Translations under genes and position numbers: made by a program
The notes under the pieces: generated by a model
The model's input: only the letters and a program-made list of their open reading frames with translations
The model's database searches: none
Told to the model about the DNA's origin: nothing
NCBI GenBank assembly: GCA_964392285.1
Contig: CAYMOW010000003.1
Span: 1-62,317 of the forward strand
Length of the DNA: 62,317 nt
From: an uncultured Candidatus Saccharibacteria bacterium
Lineage (GTDB): Bacteria > Patescibacteriota > Minisyncoccia > Phycocordibacterales > WO2-35-19
Direction: 5' to 3'
Shown here: positions 53,292 through 61,372 of the stretch, one piece after another
Numbering within the stretch: the stretch's first letter is position 1
Layout: every line of letters starts with the position of its first letter

Positions 53292-54194
53292 CTAGCTTTG
53301 TCTTCTGCGATTATCGATCGAGACCAAAAGCGGTGCCGCAAGGAAAATCGAAGAATAGGCGCCAGCAATAGTACCAACAATTAAGGTCCAAATGAAGAAG
53401 CTGATGGAAGCGCTACCAAAAATCAAAAGAGAAACTAGAACCAAAAAGACGGTAAGCGAAGTATTGATCGAACGACCATAAGTTTGAGATAGACTTTTGC
53501 CTACGGTCGTCTCGAAAGATTCGTGGATATTCTTTTCTTTGTTTTCTTGCAAATTGGTCCTGATGCGGTCGAAGATGATGATGGTGTCGTTGATCGAGTA
53601 TCCCAAAAGTGAGAGGAGTGCAGTTACAAAGAGCGCGTCGATTTCCATTCCGGCGTATCGCCCCAGAAGCACCGCAAAGCCAGCCGGTATAGAAATATCG
53701 TGGATCAAAGCCACAATCGCCACTAAGCCGTAGTTCCAAGAAGAAATCGGTTTGGAAATTTTTCTGAAAGTATAGGCGATGTAGAGGATGGTGATCAAGA
53801 TGATCACGGCAATTGCAATCAAAGCCTTATCGGTCAGTTCTTTGCCGATGAGCGGCCCGACTGAGCTCAGCCTTTTCAGATCATATTCAGAACCATCAAT
53901 TACAAGTGCTCGCTTGATCGCTTCTTGTTCATCGGTCGAAAGATCTTTAGCTCTGATAATAAAGCCGTTCTGCCCTACTGCCCTAACCGAAACGTTGCCA
54001 AGGTCAAGGCTTTGGATCGCACTCTCGACTCGGTTTTGAGCCGGAACGTTGTTTTTGTAAGCCACCTCGACGATCGTGCCACCACGAAAATCAGTGCCAA
54101 TATTAAAACCCCAAAAAACCATCAGACCATAACAAAGGAGCAATATTGCGCCGGAGAAGATGAAAAATTTTTTTCTGTGTTTGACTGGAAACAT
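53292..54194 (-). CDS. secF: Protein translocase subunit SecF
   Basis: It has the FNIGTDFRGGTIVEV motif, six TM segments, and is 300 aa. It lies immediately downstream of secD. Confidence 0.9.
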   Translation of the reverse strand: MFPVKHRKKFFIFSGAILLLCYGLMVFWGFNIGTDFRGGTIVEVAYKNNVPAQNRVESAIQSLDLGNVSVRAVGQNGFIIRAKDLSTDEQEAIKRALVIDGSEYDLKRLSSVGPLIGKELTDKALIAIAVIILITILYIAYTFRKISKPISSWNYGLVAIVALIHDISIPAGFAVLLGRYAGMEIDALFVTALLSLLGYSINDTIIIFDRIRTNLQENKEKNIHESFETTVGKSLSQTYGRSINTSLTVFLVLVSLLIFGSASISFFIWTLIVGTIAGAYSSIFLAAPLLVSIDNRRRQS

Positions 54195-54209
54195 TGTATT
54201 GGATTGACC

Positions 54210-55469
54210 TTATTTCGAATAAACCGCATTCATAAATATTTTGGAGACAACCATCGAGCTCACGACCGAAACGATTGTGCCGAGCCCCAAAACCAAAGCA
54301 AAACCCTCAACACTCGAGGTGCCGAACCAGAAGAGCACAATTGCTCCAAGCAACGTCGTCAACTGACCATCGCGAATCGCCGTCCAAGCGTGAGCAAAAG
54401 CTTCTCTGACCACCCCTGTATCGATAGTCTTCTTCTCGCCCACCGGAACATCAGCCGAAACCAAAGATTCTTTGATCCTTTCGAAAATAATAATATTGGC
54501 ATCGATCGCCATACCAATCGAAATAATAAACCCAGCAATGCCAGCCGTAGTCAGCGTGATCGGCACAATCTTGAAAAGCAAAAGCATCAAAAGAACATAA
54601 ACACTCAAAGCCAGGACGGAGATAAACCCGGGCAAGCGATACCAAGCAATCATAAAAAGCGCTACCAAGCCAAGGCCGATCACCGCCGCCCTAACCCCGC
54701 TTGCAAGTGCTTCGGCACCAAGAGTTGCGCCAATGGTTTCGGTATTTACAAGAGAGATCGGCATCGGCAAGGCGCCATAATTCAGATCGCGCACCACCTG
54801 CTTGGCCTGATCGATTGTAAAATCGCCAGTGATGACAGCTTCTCCGCCAGTGATTTCTTCTCTGATAAACGGCGCCTCAACGAGCTGGCCATCGAGAAAG
54901 ATGCCGAGCACCTCACCCACATTTTCTCTGGTAATCTTGGCAAAAAGTTGGTCACCTTCTTCATTGAAAAGCAGACCCACGACTGGTTTGTTTTGGAAAT
55001 TCGGATCAAACTTGATCTCGGCTCTTTTGAGCTGTCGACCCGATAGGCCGGTTGGTAAAAATTCTTCCGTCTCTTTATTCAAAATTCTAAAATCCAAAGT
55101 CGGTGTCTCGCCAATCTTTTTGACCGCTTCATCAATATCAGTCACCCCCGGCAACTCAACAATCAGTCTTTGCTCATTGGCATCACCAAAAACTCCTCCT
55201 TGCTCAACCTGGACAATCGGTTCGGCTACACCAAAAAGATTGACCCTGCGCTCAATCGTGTCGCGTAAGGACTGCATAGCTCCGTCGACTTCGTTTGGAG
55301 CAATTTCGGCAACATCGGCTTTGTAGACCAAATGCGTGCCTCCAGAAAGATCCAAACCAAGCTTAAACTTGGCCTGCGGATCGCCCGAAGTCTCGCCTCT
55401 CCAAACAGAGATCCCGGCCCAGATTGCGCCAGCTATTATAAGTATTGACCAAAATCGGTATTTCGCCAT
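54210..55469 (-). CDS. secD: Protein translocase subunit SecD
   Basis: It has the KLGLDLSGGTHLVYKAD motif, a periplasmic-type P1 domain, and C-terminal RND-like TM segments. Confidence 0.9.
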   Translation of the reverse strand: MAKYRFWSILIIAGAIWAGISVWRGETSGDPQAKFKLGLDLSGGTHLVYKADVAEIAPNEVDGAMQSLRDTIERRVNLFGVAEPIVQVEQGGVFGDANEQRLIVELPGVTDIDEAVKKIGETPTLDFRILNKETEEFLPTGLSGRQLKRAEIKFDPNFQNKPVVGLLFNEEGDQLFAKITRENVGEVLGIFLDGQLVEAPFIREEITGGEAVITGDFTIDQAKQVVRDLNYGALPMPISLVNTETIGATLGAEALASGVRAAVIGLGLVALFMIAWYRLPGFISVLALSVYVLLMLLLFKIVPITLTTAGIAGFIISIGMAIDANIIIFERIKESLVSADVPVGEKKTIDTGVVREAFAHAWTAIRDGQLTTLLGAIVLFWFGTSSVEGFALVLGLGTIVSVVSSMVVSKIFMNAVYSK

Positions 55470-55484
55470 ATAGCCTCGATTCTA

Positions 55485-56810
55485 TCACACCCCACTCCGC
55501 GACAAAAGAGCCTTGATGGTTTTGAGAGCAATCTTGAGATCGAGCATAAACGAACGATTTTTGATGTAGTAGAGATCATAAGAAAGCTTACGTCGAGTCT
55601 TTAGGGCGTCGGCTGTAACCTTGGGCGGATCGGTGTGGTAGAGCTGAGCCCAACCAGAGAGTCCGGGTTTGATCAGGTGTCTGATATTGTAGTAGTGAAT
55701 CTGATCTTCATACTCTTTGACCAAACTTGGGATCTCGGGGCGCGGACCGATAAGCGACATATCGCCGACAAGCACATTCCAAAGTTGAGGCAGTTCATCG
55801 ATGCGAACCGAGCGAATAAACCTACCAACTCGCGTAATTTGGTTTGAACCATCTTCTTTCATGCTGCGAAACTTCTTGACCTTGATGATCTTGTTGTTCT
55901 TGCCGATTCTTTCTTGAATAAAGAAAATACTACCCCGATCTTCGAGCTTGATAGCGAGCCAAACAAACGGATAAACCAAAAGAGAAAGGCCAAACAAAAC
56001 CAAAGACAGCGCAATATCCATGAGCCTCTTCGCGCCATCATAAGTCAGCCTTGCCTCAGTCGAGACATTTTCAAGAAACCAGTTGTAGCGCACAAGCGAA
56101 AGTGGCACCGAATCAAAAATATCTTCGTAGACTTTGTACATATCGATAAACTTGACCTTGGAGAAGATCAAATTGTAGAGGTGTGGCAAAATGGGCTCGA
56201 CTTTTTCGTTTTTGAGATCAATTGCAATGATCTGGATTTCTTCGGCGTAGATGCGGCTCAAAATTTCCTCCTGAAAATCTACACCCTCGATTTTGTCGAG
56301 ATCAACCGAAGAAACAAACTCAATATTGTAGCGCTTGTTGCCATTGACCTCTTCGAGCAATTCTTTCATCTCTTCCCCACTGCCGATCAGAATACCTCGT
56401 TCGCGCTTTTCGGTCCGGAAAAATCGATCACCATAAATTCGCCAGAGCAAAACCAAAGCAAAGGAAATTAGAAGATAGATAAAAAGGTTGGTCTTGGGCG
56501 CAATACCAAAGTATGGAATGAAATAAAAGAAGAGCACCGCAATAAAACTGTTCGCAAGTTGAGCGTTGAAAACAGTCGAAGGCAAACGGCTCTTTATGAG
56601 CAAAGTATGCTTCTCGTAAAGACCGGAGATAAAGTAGACCAAAAGCCAGACAGCAACAATCAGTGTAAACGGCCAAAAGTGCAGAGCAAGAGTTACTTCA
56701 CTTGGCAAACTGCCATAACGCACAAAGAGCGTCAGCCAGAGCGAAGCATAGAGCAATCCCAAATCAACCAAAAACAAAACCCAGGTCTCTTTTTTGCGTG
56801 AAATGCTCAT
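55485..56810 (-). CDS. Polyprenyl-phosphate glycosyl-1-phosphate transferase (WbaP/EpsB-type bacterial sugar transferase)
   Basis: It has N-terminal TM segments, then KRLMDIALSLVLFGLSLLVYPFVWLAIKLEDRGSIFFIQERIGKNNKIIKVKKFRSM ... DELPQLWNVLVGDMSLIGPRPE. Confidence 0.9.
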   Translation of the reverse strand: MSISRKKETWVLFLVDLGLLYASLWLTLFVRYGSLPSEVTLALHFWPFTLIVAVWLLVYFISGLYEKHTLLIKSRLPSTVFNAQLANSFIAVLFFYFIPYFGIAPKTNLFIYLLISFALVLLWRIYGDRFFRTEKRERGILIGSGEEMKELLEEVNGNKRYNIEFVSSVDLDKIEGVDFQEEILSRIYAEEIQIIAIDLKNEKVEPILPHLYNLIFSKVKFIDMYKVYEDIFDSVPLSLVRYNWFLENVSTEARLTYDGAKRLMDIALSLVLFGLSLLVYPFVWLAIKLEDRGSIFFIQERIGKNNKIIKVKKFRSMKEDGSNQITRVGRFIRSVRIDELPQLWNVLVGDMSLIGPRPEIPSLVKEYEDQIHYYNIRHLIKPGLSGWAQLYHTDPPKVTADALKTRRKLSYDLYYIKNRSFMLDLKIALKTIKALLSRSGV

Positions 56811-56853
56811 TATAAAACAATATAATACATTCGGTTGAATAAATAGTCAATTT

Positions 56854-58035
56854 GTGAGAGAATTGTTTTCTGTAATGGAACCCAAAAAACAAAAAGTGCT
56901 TTTCGTCATAACCAAAGGCAATTTTGGCGGCGCCCAGAGGTATGTCTTTGATTTGGCAACCAACCTACCTCAAGATCAGTTCGAAACAGTTGTCGCCTGC
57001 GGTCAGGGCGAGGAGCTACCAAGCAAATTGCGCGAGTCGGGCATTGCGGTTATAAAAATCGACAACCTAGCGCGCGAAATCAAAACTATAAGCGAATTCA
57101 AAGTCTGCAAAGAACTCACACAAATTATCAAACAGCAAAGACCCGACATCGTTCATCTCAATTCTTCAAAGATCGGCGCCATAGGAGCCGTCGCCACTTG
57201 GCTAGTCAAGCTAGCCACAAAAGATTATGAGCCAAAAATTGTTTTTACCGCTCACAATTGGGGCTTCAATGAATTTTGGCGAGGAACACTTTCGAGACTT
57301 TTCTTTTATCTAAGCCATTGGCTGACAATCCTTCTTTCGGATCGAGTGATCGCAGTGGCCGAAAAGATCCGGAGAGATATGACTTGGTTACCGTTTACCA
57401 AAGAAAAGATCGCAGTCGTCTACAACGGCACGAGCGGATTTACCACCCAAGATCGGAATGAAGCACGAAGTTTTCTCTCGACCGGAGAGACGAATAAATT
57501 TATCATTCTTTCAATTTCCGAACTTCATCCAACCAAAGGACTCGACACCGCCTTGCGCGCCCTCGCCCAACTACCCGAAGAACGCCGAAGAGAGATCCTC
57601 TACTGTATTGCGGGTAGCGGCGAATGGACCGACAAACTCAAGAAAATCACCGAGGAGTTGGGGCTTGGTTTGAGTGTGCGCTTTTTAGGCTTTGTGCCAG
57701 AAGCAAGACAATATTTGAGCGGAGCAGATATTTTCCTCCTACCCTCCCGCAACGAAGCCTTCCCCTACGTTATTCTCGAAGCAGGGCTTATGGGCCTGCC
57801 TCTTATAGCGACGAGTGTCGGTGGTATACCGGAAGTAATTAGCGATATGCGCAACGGTATTTTGATTCACAAAGAGAGCCCGAAAGAAATTGCCGAAGCG
57901 ATTTTGTATTATCTTGACCATCCGGAAAAACAAAAAGAATTTGGTGCTGAAATAAAAAAGACCGTCGCAAATTTCTTCTCTCTCGAAAAAATGCTTTCCG
58001 AAACATTGAAAATTTATGATTTGAAAATTGGTTGA
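56854..58035 (+). CDS. Glycosyltransferase family 4 (GT-B)
   Basis: It reads KVLFVITKGNFGGAQRYVFDLATNL ... LLPSRNEAFPYVILEAGLMGLPLIATSVGGIPEVI. The track start is GTG 56854; ATG 56875 (MEPKKQ) is likely. Confidence 0.8.
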   Translation: MRELFSVMEPKKQKVLFVITKGNFGGAQRYVFDLATNLPQDQFETVVACGQGEELPSKLRESGIAVIKIDNLAREIKTISEFKVCKELTQIIKQQRPDIVHLNSSKIGAIGAVATWLVKLATKDYEPKIVFTAHNWGFNEFWRGTLSRLFFYLSHWLTILLSDRVIAVAEKIRRDMTWLPFTKEKIAVVYNGTSGFTTQDRNEARSFLSTGETNKFIILSISELHPTKGLDTALRALAQLPEERRREILYCIAGSGEWTDKLKKITEELGLGLSVRFLGFVPEARQYLSGADIFLLPSRNEAFPYVILEAGLMGLPLIATSVGGIPEVISDMRNGILIHKESPKEIAEAILYYLDHPEKQKEFGAEIKKTVANFFSLEKMLSETLKIYDLKIG

Positions 58036-58061
58036 AAATTGATAATTGTAAATTGAAAATT
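58032..58061. repeat. 30-bp AT-rich repeat, inverted partner of 51661-51690
   Basis: It is an exact reverse complement of the partner. It lies in the 28-bp convergent spacer between the GT4 and SEDS genes and overlaps the GT4 stop codon. Confidence 0.95.
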
Positions 58062-58063
58062 AT

Positions 58064-59200
58064 CTATACCACCCCTATTATTTCATTCTCGGCATTGGCC
58101 CGGTGGGTCACTCGAGCATAACGACTCATACCAACCAAAATCCCAAGACTCAAGAATTCGGCAATCAGGTGCGAGCCACCATAGCTCATAAACGGCATCG
58201 TAATACCGGTTACCGGCAAAAGACCAATATTCATTCCGACGTGAATAAAAGTGTGGGCCAAAAGAGTAATGGCCAGACCAAGCCCAAACAAAATTTCAAA
58301 ATTGCCCGCACCCTTTTGAGAGATATCCAGAATTCGCCACAAAAGCAAACCGAATAAGGCAAACAAAATAATCGCCCCCACAAAACCCCATTCTTCGCTA
58401 AAAGCGGCAAAGATAAAGTCGGTCTCGTATTCTGGCAGAAACTTGAGTTTGGACTGACTGCCAAGCCCAACCCCCTTACCCCAAACCTGCCCCGAACCGA
58501 CAGCGATCATTGACTGGTAGGCATTGTAGCCAGCACCTTGCAAATCGGTCAGAGGATGGATAAAGGAAGTAATTCTGGCTTTTTGATAATCCTTGAAAAC
58601 AAAAAGCCACAGACCAGAAAAGCTGACGAGACCGGTCAAGAAAACCACCAAAAGATGTTTTTTCGAAATACCCGAGACCAGCACCATACCAAACCAGATC
58701 AGAAAAAGGATAATGGCCGAACCAAAATCCGGTTGCATAAAAATCAAGAAAAACAAAATAAAACTATAGACCCCAGAAACAATGATATGCCTAACATTGG
58801 CAATTTCGATATGGCGTCGACTAAAATATTTGGCCAACAAAAGCACCAAAATAATTTTGATAAAATCAACCGGCTGAAAAGCAAAGAATCCTAAATCAAA
58901 CCAACTGCGCGCACCTTTGGTTGGTGCAACCGCAAACAAAAGCAGAAGAATCAAACAAGAAACAACAAAAAGCGTAGCCACCACCCCCGTTCGCCGCAAG
59001 AAGCGCCAATCGATCCGACTGGCCACAAAAAAGACAACCAAAGCCACTCCAAGCCAAACTATTTGTCTATAAAAAAACCGATCGCTATCTACATCGTTGG
59101 CAAAAGAATTCATGGTTAGCAGCCCAGCCAAAGACAAGAAAAAAGCCGAGCCAAGCAAAAGCCAATCCACTGAGGCCAACAATTTTCTTGCGTTAAGCAT
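58064..59200 (-). CDS. SEDS-family peptidoglycan polymerase (FtsW/RodA/SpoVE)
   Basis: The 378-aa product has 10 TM segments. It reads PDFGSAIILFLIW..., TDFIFAAFSEEWGFVG, and LLPVTGITMPFMSYGGS. Confidence 0.9.
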   Translation of the reverse strand: MLNARKLLASVDWLLLGSAFFLSLAGLLTMNSFANDVDSDRFFYRQIVWLGVALVVFFVASRIDWRFLRRTGVVATLFVVSCLILLLLFAVAPTKGARSWFDLGFFAFQPVDFIKIILVLLLAKYFSRRHIEIANVRHIIVSGVYSFILFFLIFMQPDFGSAIILFLIWFGMVLVSGISKKHLLVVFLTGLVSFSGLWLFVFKDYQKARITSFIHPLTDLQGAGYNAYQSMIAVGSGQVWGKGVGLGSQSKLKFLPEYETDFIFAAFSEEWGFVGAIILFALFGLLLWRILDISQKGAGNFEILFGLGLAITLLAHTFIHVGMNIGLLPVTGITMPFMSYGGSHLIAEFLSLGILVGMSRYARVTHRANAENEIIGVV

Positions 59201-60620
59201 TGATGATTTTGTAAGTAATCTCTATCCGAGCCGGAACCTCCTTGCATATTTGCGAAGAAATCCTTTGATAGATCGACTGCAAATCTTCGGCCGTAGGTGC
59301 AAAATAAAAATTATTACCCAAAGAAGCAAGCTCGGTCAAAAAATTTTGGTTGACGGCCTCGCCCAGGCCGATCGTGAAGATTTCGACCCCATCTTGCTTG
59401 ATCAAACTCGCTTCAGAAAGAGCCGACTTTTCAGCATAAGCTATGTCCTCGGCTTCGGTCCGACCATTAGGATCTTTGGGGCTATTGGCTACCCCATCAG
59501 TCAAAAGCACCAAAACCCTAGCTCGATTTTCATCAGTTGAGGACGACAGTAGAGCACTCCAACCCTCGTGCAAGGCGCTGGTAATGTTGGTGAATTGAAT
59601 ACCGGAATTGCCGATTGCAATATTTTCGATAGCCAAATTTACCGCCTCGAAATCTTGACTCAAAGCAACATCGTGCGGCAGACTCGGCTCGGTAGCAAAA
59701 GAGACAACCGCCACCCGATCCTCAACCTTTAGACTATCGACGAAAGAAGAGGCTGCCTTTTTGGCACTCTCTAGTGGTTCGGGCGGATTTTTACCCAAAG
59801 AAGCCATCGAACCCGAACGGTCGAGTAACAAAGCTATATCCGATTTTCGACTGCAAGCCCTGCTACCCAACTCAAAAGGCTTGGGCCAAGTAAAGAAAAT
59901 CGAGCGCGATTCATCTTTCTTTAGCCGGTCGATAAAAGTCCTAGAGCTCGCAATAGCATTATCGCGCCCATCAAAGATTACTGCCACCAGTTCGATGTTT
60001 TTAACCTCGGACAAACTTATGTTTTGGACATTGGCCTCAACTCTCGGCGCACTTTCAATCCGCAAGATTGGTGTATGACTTACACTGATCTTGCGCTCAT
60101 TGTCCGAATTTTTCTGCCAAACCAAACGCTGATTGTCTATTTCAAAGAGAGCTCTGGCTGGTCTTTGGCCCTCGGGCAAACTGATTGAACCTTCAAAGAC
60201 CCCAACCGTCCGACCCTTGGGCAAGACGGTGGCGCCACTGCGCTCATAAATAACTTTATTGTCCTGACCATAAAAACTAAACTTGTAAGGAGCATAGACG
60301 GCGTCAACATCTGTATTTGGATTTTCCACATAAACGACCGCGCTCCAGACTCCGGGCAACGGTTCGAAGAGCCGTGGATCCCACCTAACAATCGGACTTT
60401 GAGCCCCGCTTGCACAAATAAATTTGCAAGAGCCGCCGCAATCAACGCCGGTCTCGTTGCCATTTTGAATCCGATCATCACAAGTTGGCGCCTTGTACCA
60501 AAATTGCCAGAAAACAAAAAAGGCAATGGTGCTCAAAAGGAGCACTGCTCCGAGTAAATAAATATTTTTTCTTCGACTAGCCCAAAGACTGGTTTCGTCC
60601 ATACGATTAGTATAGAGCAT
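59193..60620 (-). CDS. Membrane-anchored von Willebrand factor type A (vWA) domain protein
   Basis: It has an N-terminal TM segment and a Cys-rich CDDRIQNGNETGVDCGGSC module. The vWA MIDAS is DIALLLDRSGSM...VLVLLTDGVANSP...IFTIGLG. It overlaps the SEDS gene start by 8 nt. Confidence 0.8.
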   Translation of the reverse strand: MLYTNRMDETSLWASRRKNIYLLGAVLLLSTIAFFVFWQFWYKAPTCDDRIQNGNETGVDCGGSCKFICASGAQSPIVRWDPRLFEPLPGVWSAVVYVENPNTDVDAVYAPYKFSFYGQDNKVIYERSGATVLPKGRTVGVFEGSISLPEGQRPARALFEIDNQRLVWQKNSDNERKISVSHTPILRIESAPRVEANVQNISLSEVKNIELVAVIFDGRDNAIASSRTFIDRLKKDESRSIFFTWPKPFELGSRACSRKSDIALLLDRSGSMASLGKNPPEPLESAKKAASSFVDSLKVEDRVAVVSFATEPSLPHDVALSQDFEAVNLAIENIAIGNSGIQFTNITSALHEGWSALLSSSTDENRARVLVLLTDGVANSPKDPNGRTEAEDIAYAEKSALSEASLIKQDGVEIFTIGLGEAVNQNFLTELASLGNNFYFAPTAEDLQSIYQRISSQICKEVPARIEITYKIINA

Positions 60621-60667
60621 CGAGCTTGAAGTTGGAAGAGAGTGGGAAAATAAAAATCGAGAAATCT

Positions 60668-60778
60668 GTTCTGGCGCCTAGCTACTCTCCCCTTTTCAGA
60701 GTACCATCGCCTCTACGAAGCTTAACTTCCGTGTTCGGAATGAGAACGGGTGTGGCCTTCGCGATAAAGCACCAAAAC
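60668..60778 (-). rRNA. rrf: 5S ribosomal RNA
   Basis: The minus strand reads guuuuggugcuuuaucgcgaaggccacacccguucucauuccgaacacggaaguuaagcuucguagaggcgaugguacu...ggagaguagcuaggcgccagaac. The conserved CCGAACACGGAAGUUAAGC core is present. Helix I pairs the two ends over 12 bp. Confidence 0.9.
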
Positions 60779-60854
60779 AGGTGTCTCGATTTTATTAACA
60801 ATTATCAATTTATATTTGATCCCTCGAATGCTGACCCGATTATAAAAATCGGGT

Positions 60855-60990
60855 TGGCGGAGGGTGACAGGACTCGAACCTGTAAACCATCCCTAGCCAT
60901 TTGAACAACTGTGTCAAAATCATTAACCTTTCTTAAGGGTTGATTTTGACTTTTCAAACAGCTGGGAGAGCTCGCACCATACCCCCCCGC
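60855..60990 (-). ncRNA. tRNA-like RNA with a canonical T arm, a 7-bp acceptor stem and an encoded GCCA. A helical rod of about 78 nt replaces the D and anticodon arms. It could be an intron-containing or degenerate tRNA, or a tRNA mimic.
   Basis: The T arm is acagg-ttcgagt-cctgt (60883-60867). The acceptor pairs ggggggt (60987-60981) with accctcc (60865-60859), and the third pair is G:U; G-CCA follows. The rod spans 60967-60890 and contains 15+13 bp. I could not build a standard cloverleaf by hand. Confidence 0.45.
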
Positions 60991-61372
60991 AAAGAACAAC
61001 ATTCGAAGAATCAAAAATCAAATAGGTTAAGCAAGTTGGGACTATTGTCCCATGTGGCAGGAAAAAACTGGTTTCCAAATTTCCTAATAAGATCGGAAAA
61101 TTAGTACGCCTCGGCTCAATGCGTTACCGCACTTACACCTAGCGCCTATCAACGTGATCATCTCTCACGATCCTAAACGATTCCTAATCTTGAGGCTGGC
61201 TTCCCTCTTAGATGCTTTCAGAGGTTATCCAAACCCGACTTAGCTACTCGGCAGTGCCCTTGGCAGGACAGCCGACACACCAGAGGTCAGTTCAACTCGG
61301 TCCTCTCGTACTAGAGTCAAATCCTCTCAAGAATCAACGCCTGCAGTAGATAGGAGACCAACCTGTCTCACG

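Noticed and set aside
53925-55046. 373-aa + strand ORF
   Set aside because: It is antisense to secF and secD, both of which have clear family motifs. Its composition (runs of R/H/N/K) is typical of a shadow ORF.
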